Part shown: positions 38,559 to 45,963 of the stretch, piece by piece
How positions within the stretch are numbered: the first letter of the stretch is position 1
Layout of the letters: every line of letters starts with the position of its first letter
Virus record (IMG/VR): IMGVR_UViG_3300032288_004063
DNA from: an uncultured virus (IMG/VR IMGVR_UViG_3300032288_004063)
Lineage: Duplodnaviria > Heunggongvirae > Uroviricota > Caudoviricetes
Length of the DNA stretch: 64,000 nucleotides
Reading direction: 5' to 3' (one strand)
The notes under the pieces: model-generated
What the model saw: the letters and a program-made list of their open reading frames with translations, nothing else
Told to the model about the DNA's origin: nothing
Databases searched by the model: none
Program-made: the position numbers and the translations under genes

Positions 38559-38634
38559 GGACTGATAGCATAATGGTCAATGCCCTCTGCTCATAACAGA
38601 AACTATGGGGGTTCGAATCCCTCTCGGTCCACCA
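38559..38634 (+). tRNA. tRNA(CAT), Met or Ile2
   Basis: cloverleaf, CCA. Confidence 0.9.
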
Positions 38635-39087
38635 TTATCCAATATAATGATTAGATTTTCTTCTATTTTCTTCTTTTGTTAAATATTGAAGATTATCTTC
38701 ATGGTGCCAACCACCAAGAGATAATGGAATAATATGATCTACTTCATATCCTTCAGGACACAATTTGTAGATCTGTTTAATTTTATCTCTATTGGCCGTT
38801 GGATGAATTTTTCTTAGTTCTTTTGCGCGATACTTTGCTTGACGTTCTTTGTTTTTGGATTGATGATGTTTTTTATCTATAATTTTATAATATGATCCAC
38901 AGCAAATGCTTGAGCAAAATTTTCTGCGAGAACTTGAACATAAATTGTTGCAAACCAAACATAAACTTTTCGGTTTTCCTCTACGAGGACGATGTTTATT
39001 GGTGTATGTTGCAGAACACGATTGAGAACAAAATTTATGATTGCTAGTTTCCTTGCTGCAAACAAGGCAATAAATAGTGTTTGACAT
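38635..39087 (-). CDS. HNH homing endonuclease with zinc-finger repeats
   Basis: CxxC..FCS..C repeats; EVDHIIPL..GG.H..DNLQ.L...EN..KSN. Confidence 0.88.
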   Translation of the reverse strand: MSNTIYCLVCSKETSNHKFCSQSCSATYTNKHRPRRGKPKSLCLVCNNLCSSSRRKFCSSICCGSYYKIIDKKHHQSKNKERQAKYRAKELRKIHPTANRDKIKQIYKLCPEGYEVDHIIPLSLGGWHHEDNLQYLTKEENRRKSNHYIG

Positions 39088-39162
39088 TGCTGTGTCTCCG
39101 TTGTAAGATATTGGACATAGAGTGGATGGAAGTTCGCGCTTCGCGATCCACACTTATTTATC
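39088..39162 (-). promoter_or_regulatory. late promoter (GATAAATA) plus structured 5' leader of HNH gene
   Basis: GTGGAT-CGC-GAAG..CTTC-C-ATCCAC-TCTA, same architecture as 30071-30139. Confidence 0.7.
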
Positions 39163-39169
39163 TGAATAC

Positions 39170-39244
39170 GCTCGTCTAGTTCAATGGCAAGAACATCCAC
39201 CTCGTAAGTGGAAGATCAAGGCTCGATTCCTTGGATGAGCACCA
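39170..39244 (+). tRNA. tRNA-Thr(CGT)
   Basis: cloverleaf, CCA. Confidence 0.9.
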
Positions 39245-39253
39245 AAATCATGC

Positions 39254-39329
39254 TTGACAATAAGTCAGACATGATGTAGTATACAAACAATAGATGCGAA
39301 AGCATCGCTGATGTTTGACAATTAAATAT
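39254..39329 (+). promoter_or_regulatory. sigma70-type promoter followed by boxA-like element
   Basis: TTGACA-17-TAGTAT then GATGTTTGACAATTAAATAT. Confidence 0.6.
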
Positions 39330-39426
39330 GTGACGTTTAGTGTAGTGGTAGCACGGAAAGTCCGAGACACAGTAATGTGGAGTAGGCACCCAATGTCTAG
39401 CAATGGTTCGATTCCATTAGCGTCAC
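39330..39426 (+). ncRNA. tRNA-like RNA with expanded non-anticodon centre, no CCA
   Basis: acceptor GTGACGTT/AGCGTCAC, canonical D arm and T arm. Confidence 0.6.
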
Positions 39427-39441
39427 TTTTAATCCACATTT

Positions 39442-39516
39442 GCCCTCATAGCACAGCGGTAGTGCAGCGGTTTTGTAAACCGAAGGCCGGGAGTTCGATC
39501 CTCTCTGGGGGCACCA
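39442..39516 (+). tRNA. tRNA-Thr(TGT)
   Basis: cloverleaf, CCA. Confidence 0.93.
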
Positions 39517-39523
39517 GTTCAAT

Positions 39524-39601
39524 GGTCCGTTGGTCTAGACGGCTTAAGACACCCGCCTGTCACGCGGGAGATCACGGGTTCGAATCCCGTACGGATCGCC
39601 A
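39524..39601 (+). tRNA. tRNA-Asp(GTC)
   Basis: cloverleaf, CCA. Confidence 0.95.
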
Positions 39602-39605
39602 ATAT

Positions 39606-39681
39606 GGGGGTATAGCTCAGTTAGTAGAGCAATCGGCCGATAACCGATAGGTCGCAGGGGCAGAACCTGCTACCCCTACCA
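39606..39681 (+). tRNA. tRNA-Ile(GAT), atypical T-loop and C33
   Basis: loop CCGATAA, T-loop GGCAGAA, CCA. Confidence 0.88.
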
Positions 39682-39685
39682 TTGC

Positions 39686-39885
39686 TACCATTTGAAAGCA
39701 CACTGACGGATCGAGTTGAACATCCAGCTATAGCAACCTTGAGGTTCGAGTCCTCTCTCAATCTGGAAAGATTGTGTTGGTTTCGGTAACTGTTGCTGGA
39801 AGTTGAATTCGATTCGGTCCCCTGGCAGGGGCGAAAGATATCTGTGCCAGCAGATAATTCGATATCAGTGTGCCTTCAAATGGTA
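39686..39885 (+). ncRNA. long-stem-enclosed RNA A (second family)
   Basis: TACCATTTGAAAGCACACTGA/TCAGTGTGCCTTCAAATGGTA; internal T-arm GAGG-TTCGAGT-CCTC. Confidence 0.65.
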
Positions 39886-39902
39886 TGTGATGTTAAATCG
39901 TC

Positions 39903-40044
39903 TATCATTTGTAAGCACATTCGTTGCTGAGTCGCAATTCAGTTGCTGAGTCGCTATCAGTGACTGAGTCGCAATCAGTACGGAATATAGGGAGTCATGA
40001 CCCTAGTAGGTTCAAATCCTACCCGAATGTGCTTTCAAATGGTA
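39903..40044 (+). ncRNA. long-stem-enclosed RNA B (second family)
   Basis: TATCATTTGTAAGCACATTCG/CGAATGTGCTTTCAAATGGTA; three CTGA-GTCGC.A-TCAG hairpins; T-arm. Confidence 0.65.
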
Positions 40045-40103
40045 TTTTGTGCTAAACCAACAGTAGACTATAGGATGTGATAAAGCTGCCAGTTCAAATC
40101 AAT

Positions 40104-40179
40104 GGACCTCTAGCTCAATTGGCAGAGCAGCATCCTTTTAAGTTGTTGGTTCAGGGTTCGACTCCCTGGAGGTCCTCCA
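40104..40179 (+). tRNA. tRNA-Lys(TTT)
   Basis: cloverleaf with weak anticodon stem, U73, CCA. Confidence 0.88.
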
Positions 40180-40183
40180 ATTT

Positions 40184-40258
40184 GGTCCCTTAGTATAACG
40201 GAAAGAACATCTGACTACGAATCAGAAGGTGGGGGTTCGATTCCTCCAGGGACTACCA
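40184..40258 (+). tRNA. tRNA-Arg(ACG)
   Basis: cloverleaf, CCA. Confidence 0.92.
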
Positions 40259-40265
40259 GTACAAC

Positions 40266-40343
40266 CCGTGTGTAGCTCAGTCTGGCCAGAGCACTCCGTT
40301 TGGGGCGGAGGGGTCGTAGGTTCAAATCCTACTACACGGACCA
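40266..40343 (+). tRNA. tRNA-Pro(TGG)
   Basis: cloverleaf, CCA. Confidence 0.95.
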
Positions 40344-40363
40344 TTTTAATCATGTGAGGTATC

Positions 40364-40597
40364 ATGCAGCTAACCAATCTGAATGAGATGCAAAAAGCAC
40401 TCTGCGAAATTCTTTGGGAACTTGATGATCACAAAGAAGTCGGTGCTTTTCTTGATGGTCTTCCTACCAGAATCAGGCAAGATGCCCATAACATGATCGA
40501 ACTAATGATCTTAAATAAGATTGATGAAACTGAGGCAACTGATATTGCCGATGATATCGTCAATAAAATCCTTGCAAAAAAGAAAGATACTGAGTAG
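40364..40597 (+). CDS. hypothetical protein
   Basis: GAGGT RBS, 77 aa. Confidence 0.7.
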   Translation: MQLTNLNEMQKALCEILWELDDHKEVGAFLDGLPTRIRQDAHNMIELMILNKIDETEATDIADDIVNKILAKKKDTE

Positions 40598-40630
40598 AAT
40601 AACAAAGTGGAGTAAAGAAGGAAAGTTACC

Positions 40631-41188
40631 ATGTCTATCGGTCTTAGAACTCTTGTCTTGAACGCGGACTATCATCCAATTTCTCTGTTTCCTCTACACA
40701 CAATTCCTGTAGAAGATGCAGTGACACGCTTGTTCAATGGTACATGCCAAATGGTATTTGAGCATGATAGAAAGATTCTAACGCCGTCTCTGGACATGCG
40801 TTGGCCGTCTGTCATTGCTCGTATTGATACCAAGCGTGTCAAAGAGCGTGTCAAGCTTGGTGCGGAAGGTTTGTACTATCGTGATCACGGTCTGTGCGCG
40901 TACTGTGAAACGCCACTGACGTTGAAGTGCATCACGTTCGACCATGTCGTGCCAAAGTCTAAGGGTGGTGGATATACATGGGACAATCTTGTCTCTGCGT
41001 GTTCTACCTGTAATCTGCTCAAGGGCGATTCGATGCCTGTTGGTAGATGGAAGCCCAAGAAGCAGCCTTATAAGCCCTCTTACTATGATTTGCTTGCAAT
41101 TCGGAAGAAGTTTCCGATTCAGGTAGATGACGAGAACTGGCTGCAGTTCATTGGTAAGTGGGATGCACCTGTGGTGGTCAGGAACTAG
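40631..41188 (+). CDS. HNH endonuclease family protein
   Basis: LVLNADY.P; RD..CAYC, TFDHVVPKSKGG..WDNLV.AC..CN..K. Confidence 0.9.
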   Translation: MSIGLRTLVLNADYHPISLFPLHTIPVEDAVTRLFNGTCQMVFEHDRKILTPSLDMRWPSVIARIDTKRVKERVKLGAEGLYYRDHGLCAYCETPLTLKCITFDHVVPKSKGGGYTWDNLVSACSTCNLLKGDSMPVGRWKPKKQPYKPSYYDLLAIRKKFPIQVDDENWLQFIGKWDAPVVVRN

Positions 41189-41240
41189 AAATAGTTCTTG
41201 ACTATCTCAGAGAGAACTGATATAGTTAGTGAATAAATAC

Positions 41241-41333
41241 GGGAGTGTTGGTACTATGGCGTGTGTGCCCTCCGACTGTAAATCGGATCCCTTGTGGTAA
41301 ACGATGCTGGTTCGAATCCGGCCACTCCCACCA
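41241..41333 (+). tRNA. tRNA-Tyr(GTA)
   Basis: GTA anticodon, long variable region, CCA. Confidence 0.88.
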
Positions 41334-41336
41334 ATT

Positions 41337-41410
41337 GCGGCGTTAGTATAATGGTATTATTACAGCCTTCCAAGCTGAAGACGCGGGTTCGATTCCCGCA
41401 CGCCGCTCCA
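41337..41410 (+). tRNA. tRNA-Gly(TCC)
   Basis: cloverleaf, U73, CCA. Confidence 0.95.
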
Positions 41411-41416
41411 AATTTT

Positions 41417-41491
41417 GCGGGCATAGCTCAGTGGTAGAGCGTCACGTTGCCAACGTGAATGTCGTCGGTTCGACCCCGATTGCCCGCTCCA
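41417..41491 (+). tRNA. tRNA-Gly(GCC)
   Basis: cloverleaf, U73, CCA. Confidence 0.95.
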
Positions 41492-41719
41492 GCAAATGTC
41501 AGAAACACGACGTTTAGTAATAGGCTTCTCATCTATGAAAACCGTTGTCTAGTATGACAGAATCAGCAACCGCTAAAGGTGTGAGAGCCAATGCGTTGTC
41601 CCATAAGTGTTGCCAAAGGATGACTGTAACCTTCAAATATGAAGTGTGTAGCTAAGGTACACACTCAATCGAGGCTTTCTAGATTGTGCCAGCATAGCAA
41701 AACAATCTACACCATTTTC

Positions 41720-41796
41720 GCCCTTGTATCCCAATTGGCAGAGGAGGCGGCTTCAAACTCCGCATGTTGTCGGTTCGACTCCGACCGAGGGCACCA
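41720..41796 (+). tRNA. tRNA-Leu(CAA), short variable loop
   Basis: Leu-type D arm, A73, CCA. Confidence 0.85.
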
Positions 41797-41929
41797 AACA
41801 CCGATGTGGTAACCAAACCACACGGTTAGCATAGAAGTACGTTAGAGTTTGAGCGTTTAAAGTGACGTAATGACACAATGGGTTCCTAGGCCATTGTGGA
41901 ATCATCTCCCGCTTCTATGTGATTTATTT

Positions 41930-42005
41930 GTGCATGTGACCCGAACGGCTAGGGACATGACTGCAACTCATGTATATGTAGGTTCAACTCCTATCATGCA
42001 CTCCA
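41930..42005 (+). tRNA. tRNA-Cys(GCA)
   Basis: cloverleaf, U73, CCA. Confidence 0.92.
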
Positions 42006-42009
42006 TTAC

Positions 42010-42085
42010 GGACTGTTGGTGAAGCTGGTGCTCACATTCGCCTGAAGAGCGAAGGAACTCTGTTCGATTCAGAGACAGTCCACCA
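42010..42085 (+). tRNA. tRNA-Phe(GAA)
   Basis: cloverleaf, CCA. Confidence 0.9.
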
Positions 42086-42089
42086 TTTT

Positions 42090-42164
42090 GGGACCATAGC
42101 TCAGTGGTAGAGCATCTGCTCGACACGCAGAGGGTCGTTGGTTCAAATCCATCTGGTCCCACCA
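42090..42164 (+). tRNA. tRNA-Val(GAC)
   Basis: cloverleaf, C33, CCA. Confidence 0.9.
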
Positions 42165-42165
42165 T

Positions 42166-42240
42166 GCCCTCATAGTACAGTGGCTAGTACATCGCTTTGG
42201 TAAAGCGGAGATGGCAGTTCAATTCTGCCTGAGGGCACCA
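42166..42240 (+). tRNA. tRNA-Thr(GGT)
   Basis: cloverleaf, CCA. Confidence 0.93.
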
Positions 42241-42250
42241 GTTTCAAGAT

Positions 42251-42282
42251 AGGGGAAGAGAGCAATCTCTTCCCCTTTTTTT
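42251..42282 (+). terminator. intrinsic terminator ending the tRNA cluster
   Basis: AGGGGAAGAGA-GCAA-TCTCTTCCCCT + T-run. Confidence 0.9.
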
Positions 42283-42925
42283 ATTCAAAATTTTTTGATT
42301 TCCAATGAGTTGGAATAATATCTCTCATCTGAGATTCTATTTCTTGTCTTATTTCCGTTATGTTTTCTGGCTGTTTTGTTTTCTGAGGATACTCTATAGG
42401 TAGAGCACTAAAATCCACATCTTCGTAGTAAACGCGCTTATGAAAAATATCACAATTTTCTGCGTAAAACGATGCTATAGTGACTTGCTCAATTATTTGT
42501 GAAATCTTGAATTTATCAAGTTTTACAGAATATGTTTGAGTCATTTTATTATTATTGTTAGACCAATTATTCGTCTGTTCGGCGATATACCAACTCGCAA
42601 TTTGACCAACTATGTCTCTTCTTTGTAGAAGAATTTTGTATCCGGTTTTCATATCTTCATGATATGGTGATCGATGATCAAGTTGTGTTATCCAAAATTT
42701 CACTATGTATTTTTTACTTTTTTGTCGATAGTCCAGGTATTTTAGATAGCCATTGGCTTTTTCTTTTTCTTTATACATTCCAAAACTCCATGGCTCGCTA
42801 AAAGCAGGTAATCCTAATCCAAGACTCAATAAACTCATATATGCTGTTGATCCGCATCTTGGAGATGTTCCAATTACTACTATAGGTAATTTATTAATCA
42901 CAATCTCTTTCCCTTTTTTATTCAA
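42281..42925 (-). CDS. sulfotransferase-like protein (Stf0/NodH-like), paralog 2
   Basis: SPRCGST, EPW, RRD..QIASW, YYED. Confidence 0.7.
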   Translation of the reverse strand: MNKKGKEIVINKLPIVVIGTSPRCGSTAYMSLLSLGLGLPAFSEPWSFGMYKEKEKANGYLKYLDYRQKSKKYIVKFWITQLDHRSPYHEDMKTGYKILLQRRDIVGQIASWYIAEQTNNWSNNNNKMTQTYSVKLDKFKISQIIEQVTIASFYAENCDIFHKRVYYEDVDFSALPIEYPQKTKQPENITEIRQEIESQMRDIIPTHWKSKNFE

Positions 42926-43607
42926 CGTATTTGATGCTCATTTTATTTTTATCAACATATGAACCCAATCCAAATTTCCAGTGATTGGGAATTGGTTCAT
43001 TCATGATCTCTTTTATTTTATTTTTTAAATCTTCTAGATTTAATGGTTGTAAAGTTTTTCGATATATCGATTTCAATTCACTAAAATCAATATCCTCGTA
43101 GTAGATTTTTTTATCAAGAATTTGACAATTTTCTAAAGAGTAATTCGCGTTAGTTACGCGATATATGATGGCCGATATGGATTGCGGATCAATACTAATC
43201 GTGTAATTTTTTGGACTATCATTTATGTTATCGTGAAATTTTTTTCTACCTTCAGCTATGTAATAGCTCGCAATCTGATCTACGACGTTTCGGCGAAATA
43301 ATCCTATCTTGTATCCTATTTTTAATTCTGGGTGATATGGACATCTATGCTCTATATCGGCAAAGAAAATTTTAACAATGTATCTATTACTCGAAGATCG
43401 AAGTTTCATGTATTCAATAAAGTTTTGTTTTTGCATGAAAGGATTTTCAATGAATAGTTTTTCATTATAATCGCTTGAGGATTCTATTAGCCTTTTATTC
43501 CAAGGCTCATGAAAAGACGGTATCCCCATTTTTTGCTCTAGTAAATGAGCATATGGTGTTGACCCACACCTAGGTGCTGTTCCAATAATTACTATTGGTA
43601 ATGTCAT
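42918..43607 (-). CDS. sulfotransferase-like protein, paralog 1
   Basis: APRCGST, HEPW, RRN..QIASY, YYED. Confidence 0.7.
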   Translation of the reverse strand: MTLPIVIIGTAPRCGSTPYAHLLEQKMGIPSFHEPWNKRLIESSSDYNEKLFIENPFMQKQNFIEYMKLRSSSNRYIVKIFFADIEHRCPYHPELKIGYKIGLFRRNVVDQIASYYIAEGRKKFHDNINDSPKNYTISIDPQSISAIIYRVTNANYSLENCQILDKKIYYEDIDFSELKSIYRKTLQPLNLEDLKNKIKEIMNEPIPNHWKFGLGSYVDKNKMSIKYVE

Positions 43608-44383
43608 AGACCAAGACTCTTTCTTATTTTTGTTGCACTAATACTGGTAATGCTTTCGTCAAACGATTCTTGCTCAATCTTGTAACCAACATCTCTTCCA
43701 TATGTAATGTTAACGATGTTTGGTACCGAAAGAATTGTGAAACGACCTTTGTACTCTGGATCAAGGTCTCTGCAAATTCTATCTTCAACATCTGAAAAAC
43801 TAAATGGATTATTCTCATCATGGCAATCGCGAACCATGATGACGACTTGCCCAGTCTTTGCTATTGCACGTTCAAACAATGCGCGATGACCTTTATGCCA
43901 TGGTTGCCAACGCCCAAGCATTTGAACTGATGGTTTTTTCCAGTTGAAGCATGGTCGAATATCATTTACGATTGCATGTGCAATTCGCTCTGCCCATTTT
44001 ACAGCATCAAATTCAGTTATGCGAAAATCATATTCGTAACGATGTGGTTTTTTGAAGATTGAATTAGTGTCTTGATATCTGCCTTCGTCAATCGTGTCCA
44101 TCCAAATTGTCCAATCGGCATGATAGATTTCGCGCATTCCCCTTAGAGGACAAACAAAATCAGAGATGACAAAATGATGTTCAGAATGATCGGCAAGATC
44201 GCGCATTCTCTTGGCTTGACGCAATCTTCCTTCTTCGGAAAAATCCCAGTCATTATGCATTCTACGAATGTCATCGGCATTGTACCATACAACATTCTGA
44301 TCTTTCATGCGATTTGTGAGTTCTTTAGCCAGTGTTGTTTTACCTGAGCCAGGAAGACCCATTATGAGGATTCGCTTTGACAT
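43604..44383 (-). CDS. APS-kinase-like P-loop domain fused to HxGH nucleotidyltransferase
   Basis: GLPGSGKTT, ADDIR, DFS.EGR; GRWQPWHKGH, SISATKIR. Confidence 0.85.
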   Translation of the reverse strand: MSKRILIMGLPGSGKTTLAKELTNRMKDQNVVWYNADDIRRMHNDWDFSEEGRLRQAKRMRDLADHSEHHFVISDFVCPLRGMREIYHADWTIWMDTIDEGRYQDTNSIFKKPHRYEYDFRITEFDAVKWAERIAHAIVNDIRPCFNWKKPSVQMLGRWQPWHKGHRALFERAIAKTGQVVIMVRDCHDENNPFSFSDVEDRICRDLDPEYKGRFTILSVPNIVNITYGRDVGYKIEQESFDESITSISATKIRKSLGL

Positions 44384-44457
44384 GATGTTCTCTACTTTAT
44401 GTTTCACGACGATATTTATTTCAATAAATAATTCAGTTCTAGAAAAAGGATTTTTTT

Positions 44458-45963
44458 ATGTTTCTTAACAAGTTAAGTTTTAAGAAATTTTCTTATACTC
44501 GTTCAGATCACGATTCCTCTTTTTGTTTTTTGAAAAATCAAAAATTAAATTACTTTAAACACGAAAGATTTCTTCAAATGAAACATTTTGGTTTAGGGGA
44601 TAAAGGATCAGAGTATATCATTGAACAAGAAAATAAAATTATTAGAACGTTAAATCCAGAAGTTGTAATTTTACCAGAAAGATTACTAGAAGATGATATA
44701 TTTCATAACGCAGTAAAACATCATCATCTTCATGCCTTAAGCGTCGATTTTATGGAAAAAATACCATGTGATGTGCATATCATCATAGATGGAGATGGAA
44801 ATGGTAGATGGTACAGTGTATATAGAAACAATCAATTAATAGATAGCGTATTCACAAAAAATACTGGCGGATCTTTAGGTCTTGGTTTAATTTGGTCTGG
44901 ATTTTTATGTGGCGTGACTGCAAAACATGGTATGGATATACCAGGAAAGGTCATGGGATTACAAAGTTACGGTAAACTAAATGAGCTGCATTATGAAAAA
45001 ATTGAAAAGTATAACATGAATTATATAGGTGATCAAGACGCTTTCGACACAGAAGGTCCTTTAGAGCGTATTCCTAGACCATTTTTAAAAAATGAAAATC
45101 ATCTTTTTGTAGTACCTGAAGATATATCTTCAAAAGAAAAACTGGATATCTTACACACAATTCATAAAAAAACCGGTGAAATAGTACTAAGTATATTTGA
45201 AAAATATGCTAAACCAAATGAGCGCATAGGATATTCTGGAGGAGTTGCGCAGAACATAATTTGGAATACGATGCTAAAAAATAGATATCCAAATCTTTCA
45301 ATATATCCACACTGTGGCGACGAGGGGTTAGTCATTGGATTTGCCGAACATTATAGAAAAATAAAAAATATTTCAAAAGAAAATTTTAGTCTTAAAAACT
45401 ATCCATATTCCCAGTTTGATCAAGCTCCCAACGAAGATCCTTCAATTGATACTATTCATAAAACCGCAAAATATCTTGCTGAAGGAAAAATAGTAGCTTG
45501 GTATCAGGGCCATGGAGAAATAGGTCCGCGCGCATTAGGAAATAGATCTATTCTTATGGATCCAAGAATACCAAATGGTAAAAATATTATAAACAATGTC
45601 AAAAAAAGGGAAATATATCGTCCATTTGGTTGTTCCGTTCTAGAAGAATATGCAAAAGAATATTTTGATCTAAATTATCCAAATCCATATATGTTGTATC
45701 TAGGATACACACAAAAAAAAGAATTACGTTCCATAACTCATGTTGATGGCACATCAAGATGTCAAACTGTCAATTCTTCATGCGGTTATTTCAGAACCCT
45801 ACTTGAACATTTTTTTGAGTTGACAGGATGTCCTGTTTTGTTGAATACAAGCCTAAACGAGGCAGGTAAACCTATAGCAGGCTGGATTCACAATGCTGAA
45901 AATTTATTCAAGTCAAGTTCAATAGATGTTCTTGTTGTAGGTAACAAAATTTATAGAAAGTGA
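44458..45963 (+). CDS. carbamoyltransferase (NodU/CmcH family)
   Basis: HD, HH..HA, DG.G, GKVMGL, SGGVAQN, EIGPRALGNRSIL, HVDGTSR.Q, LNTSLN. Confidence 0.92.
   Translation: MFLNKLSFKKFSYTRSDHDSSFCFLKNQKLNYFKHERFLQMKHFGLGDKGSEYIIEQENKIIRTLNPEVVILPERLLEDDIFHNAVKHHHLHALSVDFMEKIPCDVHIIIDGDGNGRWYSVYRNNQLIDSVFTKNTGGSLGLGLIWSGFLCGVTAKHGMDIPGKVMGLQSYGKLNELHYEKIEKYNMNYIGDQDAFDTEGPLERIPRPFLKNENHLFVVPEDISSKEKLDILHTIHKKTGEIVLSIFEKYAKPNERIGYSGGVAQNIIWNTMLKNRYPNLSIYPHCGDEGLVIGFAEHYRKIKNISKENFSLKNYPYSQFDQAPNEDPSIDTIHKTAKYLAEGKIVAWYQGHGEIGPRALGNRSILMDPRIPNGKNIINNVKKREIYRPFGCSVLEEYAKEYFDLNYPNPYMLYLGYTQKKELRSITHVDGTSRCQTVNSSCGYFRTLLEHFFELTGCPVLLNTSLNEAGKPIAGWIHNAENLFKSSSIDVLVVGNKIYRK

Noticed and set aside
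39354..39364. RNase P RNA (GGAAAGTCC)
   Set aside because: The motif sits inside a 97-nt tRNA-like fold and the matching 3' P4 strand is not found downstream
41720..41796. Opal suppressor or Sec tRNA (UCA)
   Set aside because: The stem register places CAA at the anticodon; D arm and A73 are Leu-like
36433..42165. ORF-track proteins overlapping tRNA genes (e.g. 36437-36961, 39315-39650)
   Set aside because: Translations of tRNA sequence, with no RBS or protein motifs
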